A stretch of DNA of 64,000 bases from Thermoplasmatota archaeon (GCA_016927555.1 JAFGML010000039.1:9839-73838); one strand, 5' to 3'. Positions 1 to 9,205 are shown, counted from the stretch's first letter. Notes: generated by a model not told the origin, from the sequence alone. Translations and numbers: made by a program.

Positions 1-1841
1 AAGGCACAGATCACCAGCAGGGGAAATGGTATCTCCAGGTTGAGTTCAGGGAACAACCCAGACTGACCACCCTGTGATCCTTGTTGACCTATCACGACGG
101 TACAGGATGCAGTCGTTGTTGCTCCTTCATCATCCGTGACTTCTAGGGTCACGGTATAGGTTCCTGCTGTCGTGTAGACATGTGGTTGAATCAGCCCTAC
201 GCCGCTGGTGTTATCACCAAAGTGCCAGAGCGCTGAGACGATGTCCCCGTCCTCGTCAGCACTCCCTGAGGCATTAAACACGATGCTCTCGTACACGTCC
301 CCTAAGTACGGTCCACCGATGTCTGCGACAGGCGCCTGGTTTTGTCCGCCTCCCTGAGACGTATTCTTCGTAATCTCTACAGGGCAGGTGACTTGTGAGG
401 ACCATTCGATGTCGTCTTTCACCTGGAAGTAGATGGTATGTGTTCCACGCGACAACGTCGTTGTGCTGAAAGAGGCTGTTGTCCCGATCACGCCATCAAT
501 AGTGGACAACCATTTGTACGCGACGATGGCACCGTCCGCATCGACGCCATGGCCTTGGAACAACACTGCTTGGCCTTGCTGTGCTGGGTTCGGTGCAATG
601 GAGTCAATGACTGCGGTCGGTGGCTGATTCACACCAAGGTCAATGGTGATACTACTTGTTTTTTCAGAGGACCAGGCTCCTTGGTTGTCCTGGACTTTGA
701 AGGAGATCGTATGGGTGCCGACAGACAGTGTCGAGGTGGTGAATGCCTGCTGCGTGCTAAGAATACCATCGAGACTGGATTGCCACTGGTACCCGGTGAT
801 GTACCCATCAGTGTCTGTCCCCTGACCAGAAAACGACACGGTATCGCCAAGGTCTGCTGACGACGGGGAAATGGACAGCGACACTGCGGTGGGTGCTTGG
901 TTCTGACCCGGTGGTGCAGGTTGTTGTAGGAAATACCCTAAGGGGTAGGCGTCCTGGTTGGCCCCACCAGGGATCTGGTACGGTGTGTCTCCAATGCCGT
1001 CGCCGTTGGTATCATAGTCGTTATAATCGCCCCAGTAGTTCCCTTGACTACTCTGGCTCCAGGTGTTCGTTGCAGCATCGTAGGCATTCTGATTATTCTC
1101 AGTGAAGTCATTGAAGAAGAGTACGTTTGATGACGACTGCAGAATGTAGACGCCATACTGGGTGTTCTGTCGGATGGTGTTCGCTGAGATGGTATTTTCT
1201 GTTGATAGTGAGGAGAGATAGACGCCTTTCTGGTTCCCTTGAATGGTGTTCCCTTCTATGACATTCTGCTCTGAGAGCGTCAGGCTAATGCCGCTGACCT
1301 TGTTGTTCGCGATGTAGTTATCAAGGATGTGGATCCCGTGGCAGTGATCGAGCTGCACACCTTCTCCTTCCTCGCTGTAGATCATCCGGCAGTCCTGGAT
1401 TCTGCCGTTGGACACGTAGGAGAATGCTACACAGTCAAACCCACTGCCGCCTGCGTTTCGGATCGTGAACCCTGAAACCTCCACTTGAATGATACTGTTT
1501 GTTGGCTCATGGGCATACAGGACATGTCCGTTCTGTCCGCCATCCAGAAACGTGGTCTCTTTATTTTCTCCGACGAGGTACAGATTTTTTGTAATGACTA
1601 TTTTTTCGTTGTACGTCCCACTGGAGACAAGCACGGTATCACCGCTCGTTGCCGCAGCAAGTGCATCGGTAATAGTCTCATACGGATGGTTTTCGGTACC
1701 ATCCCATGGTCCTGTCGTGTTGCTATCATCAACATAGATGGTTGAGCCACTAGCGTGACACCTAGGAATCAACGCAAGACTGATTAGAAACAACATCGTC
1801 ACTAGGAGTATCCGCACTTTTGTACACCCTGGTTGCATCAT
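1..1841 (-). CDS. Secreted surface protein, N-terminal fragment (C-terminus beyond window): signal peptide, right-handed parallel beta-helix domain, two or more PKD-like domains
   Basis: Manual minus-strand translation from ATG(ATG) at 1836-1841 runs stop-free to position 1: MMQPGCTKVRILLVTMLFLISLALIPRCHASGSTIYVDDSNTTGPWDGTENHPYETITDAL... followed by beta-helix repeats (NNKVSGISLT, GNQKGVYLS) and PKD-like blocks (TDTDGYITGYQWQSSLDG, LWHFGDNTSGVG...YTVTLEVTDDEGA). Missing from the ORF track because no stop codon lies inside the window. Confidence 0.8.
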   Translation of the reverse strand, partial: MMQPGCTKVRILLVTMLFLISLALIPRCHASGSTIYVDDSNTTGPWDGTENHPYETITDALAAATSGDTVLVSSGTYNEKIVITKNLYLVGENKETTFLDGGQNGHVLYAHEPTNSIIQVEVSGFTIRNAGGSGFDCVAFSYVSNGRIQDCRMIYSEEGEGVQLDHCHGIHILDNYIANNKVSGISLTLSEQNVIEGNTIQGNQKGVYLSSLSTENTISANTIRQNTQYGVYILQSSSNVLFFNDFTENNQNAYDAATNTWSQSSQGNYWGDYNDYDTNGDGIGDTPYQIPGGANQDAYPLGYFLQQPAPPGQNQAPTAVSLSISPSSADLGDTVSFSGQGTDTDGYITGYQWQSSLDGILSTQQAFTTSTLSVGTHTISFKVQDNQGAWSSEKTSSITIDLGVNQPPTAVIDSIAPNPAQQGQAVLFQGHGVDADGAIVAYKWLSTIDGVIGTTASFSTTTLSRGTHTIYFQVKDDIEWSSQVTCPVEITKNTSQGGGQNQAPVADIGGPYLGDVYESIVFNASGSADEDGDIVSALWHFGDNTSGVGLIQPHVYTTAGTYTVTLEVTDDEGATTTASCTVVIGQQGSQGGQSGLFPELNLEIPFPLLVICA

Positions 1842-2052
1842 AGCTGAATCCCTTTCCATCTCTCAAGTACTGTATAGATGACATCAGTTCTCTTGGTGTG
1901 TCTATATAAAGATACGGTGGTAAAATGCCAGAGTGAGAGAATCCAACCCTTCCGTGAGCGGTCGTTTCTTTTCGGTGATTTTCTCCTTATTTTTGACGTA
2001 ATGTTTATATACTGTCAAATCAACCTAACAGTATAAAAAGTAAGGTTTACGT

Positions 2053-2307
2053 ATGACAAGTGAGCACATCTGGGCTTGGCTTCAATCGAAAGGAAAGTTA
2101 TTCAAGGTTATCTCAGACCCAGAGCGTGGCATCATTGAAGTCATCAACGAGCGAGGGGAGATCCTGGTTCGGAAAACCAACCTCAGTAAACGTCAAGTCG
2201 AAACCGTTGAAAGACATTTTTTACATAGGATAGCGACTCGCTTGAATGGACGGCACATCCCTGCTTCAGGGAAAAATTCTGATCCCTTTGACCCCATGAT
2301 CACCTAG
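2053..2307 (+). CDS. Hypothetical small protein (84 aa)
   Basis: Intact ORF preceded by TATA-like boxes (gtttatatac, agtataaaaag) 15-40 nt upstream. No recognisable motif. Confidence 0.35.
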   Translation: MTSEHIWAWLQSKGKLFKVISDPERGIIEVINERGEILVRKTNLSKRQVETVERHFLHRIATRLNGRHIPASGKNSDPFDPMIT

Positions 2308-2408
2308 CGTGTTGTACCACTACTGTTCTTCGAATAGACGGCTCAAAAAATATTTTCGTTACATTTTCAGCATAAAATTAATATGCTGCAACTCGATGAT
2401 GCCTTTGG

Positions 2409-2798
2409 ATGCAAAAAAAAATCATGGTTGTTGATGATGATCCTGATATTCTCATCACCATACGTGAGCTGTTTGAATCAGAGGGATTTGAGGTGTACAC
2501 CGTCCCCTGCGGCAAAGACTGCTTAGAGGAACTGGAGCACGGATTCAAAGGAGTCATCCTGATGGATGTGATGATGCCGCACATGGATGGATGGACCACG
2601 ATACGACAGATGGTCTCAAGAGGGTTTCACAAGGGAAATGTCATCTCCATGATCTCAGCGAAGGATGAATGTGACTGGCGGTTTGATGACCTGAAACAGT
2701 ACATCAAACACTACATCACGAAACCCTTTGATACCAAGCACCTCGTCAAAACCGTGAAAGGATACTTTGCTCTTTCTCAGGGTACGACATCGTCGTAG
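2409..2798 (+). CDS. Stand-alone response regulator receiver (CheY-like)
   Basis: MVVDDDPDIL...ILMDVMMPHMDGW...YITKPF: the acidic pocket, the phosphoacceptor Asp in an LMDxxMP context and the conserved Lys in xxKPF are all present. No output domain. Confidence 0.85.
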   Translation: MQKKIMVVDDDPDILITIRELFESEGFEVYTVPCGKDCLEELEHGFKGVILMDVMMPHMDGWTTIRQMVSRGFHKGNVISMISAKDECDWRFDDLKQYIKHYITKPFDTKHLVKTVKGYFALSQGTTSS

Positions 2799-2803
2799 TG
2801 TCT

Positions 2804-3238
2804 TTAGAGTGTCTGCCGTTGGTGACGTACCTTCAGAAACGTGTCGACTTCGTCGTGGATGTCACACAGCACACGGGCTTTCTGTACCGCGCCTGTCTGA
2901 GGCTCGTGTGGCGCCATCTGAGATAACTCAGAGATCTGTTGCTGGAGACGTTGCACATCTTCCGTGAGGTGCAGGTGGGTTGTCTCCACCTGATGACGAA
3001 CCGCGTTGAGCTCTTGTCTCAACGTCAGGAGAGACTCTTGGAGTTGTATGAGGTCATCACTCTTCTGAGGTTCAGGGATGTACTCTGAGGTCCACTCCTT
3101 GCTTGAGTCATGCAGCATCTTGAAGTACTCACGTAACGCACTGCGCAGCAGCTCGCTTTTGCTCATGCCTTGTCTGTTGAGTTCAGCGACAATTCTCTCC
3201 TCTTTTGCTGAGAGTTTGAGTGCAATTGTTGTACCCAT
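2804..3238 (-). CDS. Ribbon-helix-helix (CopG/Arc/MetJ-like) DNA-binding protein with C-terminal coiled-coil region
   Basis: N-terminus TIALKLSAKEERIVAELNRQGMSKSELLRSALREYF fits the beta-strand plus two-helix RHH pattern. The remainder is heptad-rich (LQESLLTLRQELNAVRHQVE...). Paralog of 3345..3959. Confidence 0.55.
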   Translation of the reverse strand: MGTTIALKLSAKEERIVAELNRQGMSKSELLRSALREYFKMLHDSSKEWTSEYIPEPQKSDDLIQLQESLLTLRQELNAVRHQVETTHLHLTEDVQRLQQQISELSQMAPHEPQTGAVQKARVLCDIHDEVDTFLKVRHQRQTL

Positions 3239-3344
3239 TGTGCAACCATCCCACGTTCTGTTAATAGTGTTTCCCCATATAAATGTTGAGGATTTTTCAG
3301 TCTCAGGGCTTCGGTGTGCTGCGCTGTCGTCCTCTGTGCGTACG

Positions 3345-3959
3345 TCACATTCGTACCAGTGAGGAGCTTCTTTTTTCTTTCTGATGGTCTACGTGACTCA
3401 CTGATGATGGTTCGATGGTGTGTGGTGGTATCCTGCGTAATTCTTCAACGTAGAACATGATGCGATCAAACTTTTCGTCGATACGCCTGGTTGTGTCTTT
3501 GACCTGCGTGTGATACTCTTGCTGAAGAGATGCGTACGTCTCCTTCCAGTACTGTAGCTCAGTCACATAGCGGAGTTTCCATTCGTCTAATTCTTGCTCT
3601 ACTCGTGCGACTTGGTGGTGCAACCTATCAAGGTAGTCATCGAAAAATGGTGCGTTGAAGGGAGCGGTCTTCTTTGATGTGAGGTATACCTCACTTTCTC
3701 CTGATGGATGTGAATCCTGGTCTACCTGGTTTACCTCTTTAAAAACTTTTCTTTCATCATTTTTTATTTCCTCCTGGGAAAAAAGGTCTACCTGGTTTAC
3801 CTCTTTAAAAACTTTTTTTCTCTTTTTTGTGCTTTTTTCCTGTATGTACATCCAGAGGGCTTCACGCAGAATTTGACTCGATGAGCGCCCTTCCCTTCGT
3901 AACGCATTAACGAGTTTTTCCTCCTGATTTTTCAGCTTTAATGATATGGTTGAACTCAT
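3345..3959 (-). CDS. Ribbon-helix-helix DNA-binding protein paralog with internal repeat and coiled-coil C-terminus
   Basis: N-terminus TISLKLKNQEEKLVNALRREGRSSSQILREALWMY (RHH pattern). Contains the duplicated decapeptide KVFKEVNQVD, encoded by a 66-bp tandem DNA duplication. Confidence 0.55.
   Translation of the reverse strand: MSSTISLKLKNQEEKLVNALRREGRSSSQILREALWMYIQEKSTKKRKKVFKEVNQVDLFSQEEIKNDERKVFKEVNQVDQDSHPSGESEVYLTSKKTAPFNAPFFDDYLDRLHHQVARVEQELDEWKLRYVTELQYWKETYASLQQEYHTQVKDTTRRIDEKFDRIMFYVEELRRIPPHTIEPSSVSHVDHQKEKRSSSLVRM
3719..3816. repeat. Direct tandem repeat: 32-bp unit ggtctacctggtttacctctttaaaaactttt at 3719-3750 and 3785-3816 (period 66 bp) inside the RHH gene
   Basis: Exact 32-nt identity read directly from the sequence. 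Encodes KVFKEVNQVD twice. Contains GGTCTACC, the half-site of the upstream palindromes. Confidence 0.9.
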
Positions 3960-3991
3960 AATTTTTTCCCCTAAAATTGTGTTCTAAAAAA

Positions 3992-4010
3992 GGTAGACCA
4001 GCGGTCTACC
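3992..4010. promoter_or_regulatory. Perfect palindrome GGTAGACC-agc-GGTCTACC (arms extend to aaGGTAGACC/GGTCTACCtt), candidate RHH operator overlapping the core promoter
   Basis: Read directly. Lies about 33 nt upstream of the minus-strand start codon at 3959. On the minus strand it is followed by TTTTTTAGAA (TATA-like) and then the ATG. Confidence 0.5.
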
Positions 4011-4063
4011 TTGTCACTCAATATCAATGTCATTTTCCTCCATATGAAACCGGAAAACACAAA

Positions 4064-4082
4064 GGTAGACCTTCGGTCTACC
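4064..4082. promoter_or_regulatory. Second copy of palindrome GGTAGACC-ttc-GGTCTACC, 72 bp from the first
   Basis: Read directly. Same 8-bp arms with a different 3-nt spacer. Located in the 3960-4220 intergenic space between the RHH gene start and the stop of the upstream peptidase gene. Confidence 0.5.
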
Positions 4083-4220
4083 ATGTTAATATTTAGCATA
4101 TAACGTGGTGATGGTTCCATCATCCCTCGTACGAAGAATCACCACTGCAGTACTTATAGTTTGTTTCCATCACCCAGAACCACACACTACTACGTCAGCA
4201 TCATTTTTTTTTAAAATAAT

Positions 4221-6473
4221 TTATGAGTGCATCATAGCGACAAAAAGTTGTGGAAAGAGATGCTGCAAAATTTGGTACAGTCGTTGAACCAATCGAAGTG
4301 TCGGTACAAATGGCATGCGTACTGGCAGAGGATCAGACCAGTCGCTTTCTTCACGATGCTGGTCACGTGCTTTGACCTTCACTTCGTACCTCCCCCACGT
4401 CGTCCAAGAATGTGTGGTGTTGACCTGCTGACCCGAAAGGTAAGGGCCAAGCCATGGACTAAACGTCCCGTCACCAAAACTCCACTTATAGTACACGAGG
4501 TCTCCCTCCGCATCACTCGTCATACTTGTAAACGTATACGTCTGGCCAACCTCACCTTTTTTTGTGCCTAGTGGTGCCTCTGGGATGTCTGGTGCGGTGT
4601 TCTGCCTAATGAAAAATTCAAGGGTAGGATCACCAAACAGGTTCATTTCATAGTAGCACCATCGCATGCATGGTCCGTTGATACGATAGACATTATCTTC
4701 TTTAGAATCCTGATTTGCTTTTCCTATCGACGTAATGTTCTCTTGAAAGACAGCATCCCAAAATTGACGATGGTAGCGTTGGTTTGGCCCATCGGTGCTC
4801 CCGGGAGTACCCCATCCGTACCGTGCACAGAGGATGCAGGCAAACGCTGCGTGGGTGGTTTTCACGGTGTAGTACTCAGCCATGCTGTCGTCAAGGTCAA
4901 AGGCTCCAGCGTAGCATCCTTGGGAGTAGATGAACGGAAGCATCGTGTTCGTCAACGACTCAATATCATCAGCTCCCATCCTCATGTTGTACGTGGTGCC
5001 TGAATGGCCGAGATGATTCACGTAGTGCACACCACTGTTGATGGTGTTCATGATTTCGCTTTTCGGCCAGCCGGTCTCCCATGGATCACTGAGGTTGAAC
5101 CCAGGCCAGCTATGATCGTACAATCGGCTGATGCTGTAGGTCTCTGCAGGAAATCCAAGGGTGGTGTACTGATGGGCAGAGGACCCGTTAACCAGTTCTT
5201 CCATGGAGTCTCCCCCGAAGGTCACTGGGTAGTTGGGTGGTCCCCACAGGTATTCCCCGACCATGACCACCGGTCCGCTGGAATACCCGCCAGTACTCAT
5301 GTACGCAAGCGTCTTGTGTACAAAATTGTCTGCCTCGAGAGCATCGCCGACAGCCGCTCGTCCCACGTACACCTCAGCAATGAGATCGACATCACCGCCA
5401 CCGTCTCCATCGTACCGCTCACCCCAGTACTCATCGTTATCATAGTTGTAGGTTCCATCGAGACACGCGTAGTACAAATCAGACGGCAGGGTATCTGTAT
5501 CTCCACCGGCTTGCACGTAGAGGAGTGGTGTCGGGAACACATCTGCATCTCCCCCAATAAGCACAGAGGTGATGCCTTTGGTGATGTACTCCTCGGTGAT
5601 TAACTCTCTGATGTCTTCTGGAGTCACAAAGCTAGGGAACCAGGACACGTCTGAGAGTGTTTTTATTTCAGTGGGAATCCCGTGCGCATCATGGGCATCT
5701 TTCAAGGGGATGAAGTGGTCTTTCAGTTCATCGGTGGTGAGAATGAGCAAGTCATAGTGCTCTGCAGACAGCGGTGCATGGGGCATGGATCCATATGTTG
5801 CCAAGGTGTCGCTGGTGTGCACTTTGTTGATGACGTCTTGTTGATCCGTGTCGCTATTCCGAAAGAGGGGATGGACTGCGGTGGTGTGAGTCGTCTGCAC
5901 CGTGACTGTCATCTCGCTGTAATAGAACAGCTCTCCCTCAAGCGGTCGATAAGAGACAGGGAAGACCACGAGGTAGAGAATACCGTAGCCTCGAAAGTGG
6001 TGCACTCCAATGGTGCGAAACAGAGACCCCGGAAATGTCTCAGCTGATGTGTAAATCGATTCGTCGCACAACGTGGTAACCACTGCGGTTGGGAGGGCTG
6101 AGAGAGGTACTGGTTGCTCAACTGGCTCTACCAGTACGTCAGATGCCAGGTGGTGTTGGACCCCTGGTTGCACAGAGATGTCTGTGACGGTTGCCCCTTG
6201 TGGCAGCAAGAAGGAAATCCCATACGCTGGAAGGTTTGGTTCTCCAGGATCGCCTACCCCTGGGGCGCCGGGGAGGGTAATCTGGGTCAACACCTGATCA
6301 TTCATGCTCCGCTGGTGTACCTGCGGTGTTGGAAAAGTGACTGTGTGTGTCAGAACGATGGTGTTCGTAGTCTGCTCACTTGCGCCAAACAATGAGCCTG
6401 TGGTTAGCAATACAATGCTGACAACGAATCCTACCTGCCAATATCTCTTGAGAGGTATACATGTGCTCTTCAT
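4221..6473 (-). CDS. Secreted clan CD cysteine peptidase (gingipain/C25-like caspase fold) with C-terminal PKD domain
   Basis: N-terminal signal/anchor (VGFVVSIVLLTTGSLFGAS). Putative catalytic dyad in order His then Cys: VNHLGHSG ... IYSQGCYAG. C-terminal PKD signature YYKWSFGDGTFSPW. Family assignment comes from motif order only. Confidence 0.55.
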   Translation of the reverse strand: MKSTCIPLKRYWQVGFVVSIVLLTTGSLFGASEQTTNTIVLTHTVTFPTPQVHQRSMNDQVLTQITLPGAPGVGDPGEPNLPAYGISFLLPQGATVTDISVQPGVQHHLASDVLVEPVEQPVPLSALPTAVVTTLCDESIYTSAETFPGSLFRTIGVHHFRGYGILYLVVFPVSYRPLEGELFYYSEMTVTVQTTHTTAVHPLFRNSDTDQQDVINKVHTSDTLATYGSMPHAPLSAEHYDLLILTTDELKDHFIPLKDAHDAHGIPTEIKTLSDVSWFPSFVTPEDIRELITEEYITKGITSVLIGGDADVFPTPLLYVQAGGDTDTLPSDLYYACLDGTYNYDNDEYWGERYDGDGGGDVDLIAEVYVGRAAVGDALEADNFVHKTLAYMSTGGYSSGPVVMVGEYLWGPPNYPVTFGGDSMEELVNGSSAHQYTTLGFPAETYSISRLYDHSWPGFNLSDPWETGWPKSEIMNTINSGVHYVNHLGHSGTTYNMRMGADDIESLTNTMLPFIYSQGCYAGAFDLDDSMAEYYTVKTTHAAFACILCARYGWGTPGSTDGPNQRYHRQFWDAVFQENITSIGKANQDSKEDNVYRINGPCMRWCYYEMNLFGDPTLEFFIRQNTAPDIPEAPLGTKKGEVGQTYTFTSMTSDAEGDLVYYKWSFGDGTFSPWLGPYLSGQQVNTTHSWTTWGRYEVKVKARDQHREESDWSDPLPVRMPFVPTLRLVQRLYQILQHLFPQLFVAMMHS

Positions 6474-6650
6474 AGAGGAATCCCCGTTAGTGCAACCTAA
6501 ACGACTATGAGTATATATTACTTATTTATGAGTGTACTATTAGCGTGATTTATATATAAACATGTTGATAAAAATTAGCTACGTCGTACCAGTGATGGAA
6601 GAACCCTGAAACAAAACCTTTTAACACCATGACAATTTCCACACTACAAC
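6474..6650. promoter_or_regulatory. AT-rich divergent promoter region between the peptidase gene and argS, with TATA-like element atttatatataaa (about 6548-6560)
   Basis: Divergent genes start at 6473 and 6651. Several TTTATA-like boxes are visible. Exact transcription start sites are unknown. Confidence 0.4.
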
Positions 6651-8375
6651 ATGTATGCGTTAGAGGAATGTCAACACCACATAAGCAGTGCACTTCGCTC
6701 ACTGCTCAAAAAACATAAGGTTGAGACTGAGGTTCGCCTAGAGATCCCGCCACAGGAGATGGGTGACTTCGCGTTCCCCTGCTTCTCCCTCGCGCCAGTC
6801 ATGAAGCAATCACCAGCACGGATCGCCGAAGAACTCGCGAGCGCATTCCCGAAGCACGACTGGATAGCTCGCATTGACGCAAAAGCCGGGTACGTCAACT
6901 TCTTCATTGATCCGACCTACCTTGCGTCGATCACCCTGCAGACTGTTCTTGAAAGAAAAGAAACGTACGGGTACTTACCAGAGGAGAAGAAAAAGGTCAT
7001 CATTGAACATACCTCTGCCAACCCGAATGGTCCCTTGCACGTAGGACGAGCACGGAACCCTATCATTGGTGATACCCTCATACGAATGTTCAAAGCCGCA
7101 GGGTACACGGTCGAGTCACAGTTTTACCTCGATGATCTCGGCAAACAAGTGGCTATTCTTGCCTGGGGACTTCACCATATCGACCCTTCAGAACTTCCTA
7201 AGCCATCAAGACAAAAAGCGGATCACCAGAAGGTGGCGTTCTATCAACTAGCGAATGAACGCATGAAGAGCGATGATGCTATCGCCAGTCAAATTAATGA
7301 CATCGTCAAACTATCAGAGCAGGGTGATCAAGCTACCATTGACATGATTCATGCTGCGTACCAGCCTGTTCTACAGGGCATCAAGGAAAGCCTGGCTCGG
7401 ATTCACATCACCCTTGACACGTTCATCCCTGAATCGATGTTTGTGCGTAATGAGAGCGTTGATGCAGTCGTCAGAGCACTGAAGCAGACACCGTACTGTC
7501 ACGAGGAAGAAGGGGCATTCTACCTCGACATGGCCTCCTTTGGCATTGCCGGCAGAAATACAAAGTTTTTCTTCGTACGAAACGATGGCACAACCCTGTA
7601 CGCCACCAGGGATATCGCCTATCATCAGTGGAAAGCACACCAAGCAGACCTCCTCGTCAACGTTCTAGGTGAAGACCATAAGCTTGAATCCCGACAAGTG
7701 AGCATCGCCCTCGAACTACTGAAGGTCACCAATCTCCCACAGGTCGTGTTCTACGCATTTGTCTCCCTGCCTGAGGGAAAAATGTCGACTCGGAAAGGAC
7801 GTGTCGTCTACCTCGACGACCTCATTGATGAGTGCATCGAACGAGCGTATCAAGAGGTTAAAAAACGAAGAGCAGGAGAGCTGTCCGAATCGAAAATGAG
7901 GGACATCGCGCAACTGGTTGGTATCGGATCACTGCGCTACAACATCATTAAAGTACAGCCTGAGAAAGATATTCAGTTCAAGTGGGAAGACGCGTTGAAT
8001 TTCGAGGGGAACGCAGTGCCCTTCATTCAGTACGCCCATGCCCGTGCCTGCAGTATTCTGGCAAAAGCAACACAGACACACCATCAGTTCGATGCTAGCC
8101 TCCTCACCCACCCATCAGAGACCATGCTGATCAAACAACTCGCACGACTTCCCTTAGTCATAGACAGCGCCTGTAGCGGATGCAGACCCCATGCGATAGC
8201 CAACTACCTCTATGAAACCGCCTCTGCGTTTAACCAGTTCTACAGGGACTGCCCTGTCCTTGCTGAGGAGCACGCGATGCGCTCCGCCTCTCGACTCACC
8301 TTGGTCTATGCGACAAAACTCGTTCTCTGGACCGCCCTTGATCTGCTTGGTGTCACTGCCCCTGAGGAAATGTAA
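6651..8375 (+). CDS. argS: Arginine--tRNA ligase
   Basis: 574 aa. HIGH-type motif PLHVGRARNPIIGD and KMSKS-type motif GKMSTRKG. Has the Arg-tRNA-synthetase N-domain and the C-terminal anticodon-binding (DALR) layout. Confidence 0.92.
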   Translation: MYALEECQHHISSALRSLLKKHKVETEVRLEIPPQEMGDFAFPCFSLAPVMKQSPARIAEELASAFPKHDWIARIDAKAGYVNFFIDPTYLASITLQTVLERKETYGYLPEEKKKVIIEHTSANPNGPLHVGRARNPIIGDTLIRMFKAAGYTVESQFYLDDLGKQVAILAWGLHHIDPSELPKPSRQKADHQKVAFYQLANERMKSDDAIASQINDIVKLSEQGDQATIDMIHAAYQPVLQGIKESLARIHITLDTFIPESMFVRNESVDAVVRALKQTPYCHEEEGAFYLDMASFGIAGRNTKFFFVRNDGTTLYATRDIAYHQWKAHQADLLVNVLGEDHKLESRQVSIALELLKVTNLPQVVFYAFVSLPEGKMSTRKGRVVYLDDLIDECIERAYQEVKKRRAGELSESKMRDIAQLVGIGSLRYNIIKVQPEKDIQFKWEDALNFEGNAVPFIQYAHARACSILAKATQTHHQFDASLLTHPSETMLIKQLARLPLVIDSACSGCRPHAIANYLYETASAFNQFYRDCPVLAEEHAMRSASRLTLVYATKLVLWTALDLLGVTAPEEM

Positions 8376-8377
8376 CC

Positions 8378-9205
8378 ATGGAGTACAGAGGAATTCGCGT
8401 TGACACTGGTCTGAAGAAGATAACGACGAAGGACTCCCTGTTCCATGGGCACTACTGCGTTGATCCGTACCAGAACTGTGAATTCCAGTGTCACTACTGC
8501 GATTCATCCCTAGAAAACAGAGTGTACGTCAAAGTAAATATCTGCGGCATCCTACACAAAGAACTACCTGGTGTGAAGCAAGGTCGCATCATCATTGGCT
8601 CGGTTCACGATCCCTATCAGAACGCAGAACGCACCTATCAGCTCACCCGCAGCATCCTTGAAGTGATTTCAGAGTATTCGTTCCCCTGTCACATCTTGAC
8701 GAAATCACCACTTGTTCTACGGGATATCGACCTCCTCTCTGCTCTCGACTGCTGTGTCACCGTCAGTCTCATAGGTCTCCACGATCGGCTTGTACACGTC
8801 TTTGAGCCCCAGGCACCAGCACCACAGCATCGTCTTCAGGTTGTAGACACCCTCCGCAGGCATGGTATCGTGGCTGGTCTTGCACTGATACCTAGTATGC
8901 CCTACCTTGTTGAACCCGAGCTCAAGCGAATTGTGAACGCGGCTCGCCACGTTGATGCGCAGTACCTCCTCCATTCACCGTTGCAGCTCAAAGGCGATCA
9001 ACGGCAGGTTGTCTTCGCACTTCTTCACACACACTACCCGGAGCTGTTGTCACAATACCATGCATTGTATGACGACGATGTCACTCCACCACCATCGTAC
9101 ACAAAACAACTCACAGATGCTCTCTCTGCACTGTGTCAACAATACAACATGCCCACTGCGCTGCCTCGCAACGTAGCACAGCAGAGCCAAAAACAAGGAC
9201 GCTAG
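8378..9205 (+). CDS. Radical SAM domain protein (SplB/DNA-repair-photolyase-like, COG1533-type)
   Basis: CxxxCxxC cluster near the N-terminus (NCEFQCHYCDSS). About 275 aa. Starts 3 nt after the argS stop, so it is probably co-transcribed. Confidence 0.55.
   Translation: MEYRGIRVDTGLKKITTKDSLFHGHYCVDPYQNCEFQCHYCDSSLENRVYVKVNICGILHKELPGVKQGRIIIGSVHDPYQNAERTYQLTRSILEVISEYSFPCHILTKSPLVLRDIDLLSALDCCVTVSLIGLHDRLVHVFEPQAPAPQHRLQVVDTLRRHGIVAGLALIPSMPYLVEPELKRIVNAARHVDAQYLLHSPLQLKGDQRQVVFALLHTHYPELLSQYHALYDDDVTPPPSYTKQLTDALSALCQQYNMPTALPRNVAQQSQKQGR

Noticed and set aside
1842-2052. tRNA or small RNA genes in intergenic regions (also 2308-2408, 9718-9891, 21643-21771, 31881-32031, 48084-48212)
   Set aside because: No cloverleaf-compatible GC-rich stems of tRNA length were seen. 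The regions are AT-rich with TATA-like boxes consistent with promoters. The GCCGTAG-tg-CTACGGC palindrome near 32014-32029 overlaps the stop codon of the CrtI-like gene.
3992-4082. Possible CRISPR-like or MITE-like element suggested by the repeated palindromes
   Set aside because: Only two copies. Each is itself an inverted repeat of about 19 bp. No regular repeat-spacer periodicity, no cas genes, no terminal duplications.
5004-5603. 199-aa plus-strand ORF inside the clan CD peptidase gene
   Set aside because: Antisense to a long gene with clear domain signatures. No motifs. The same applies to 4227..4571 and 5682..6047.
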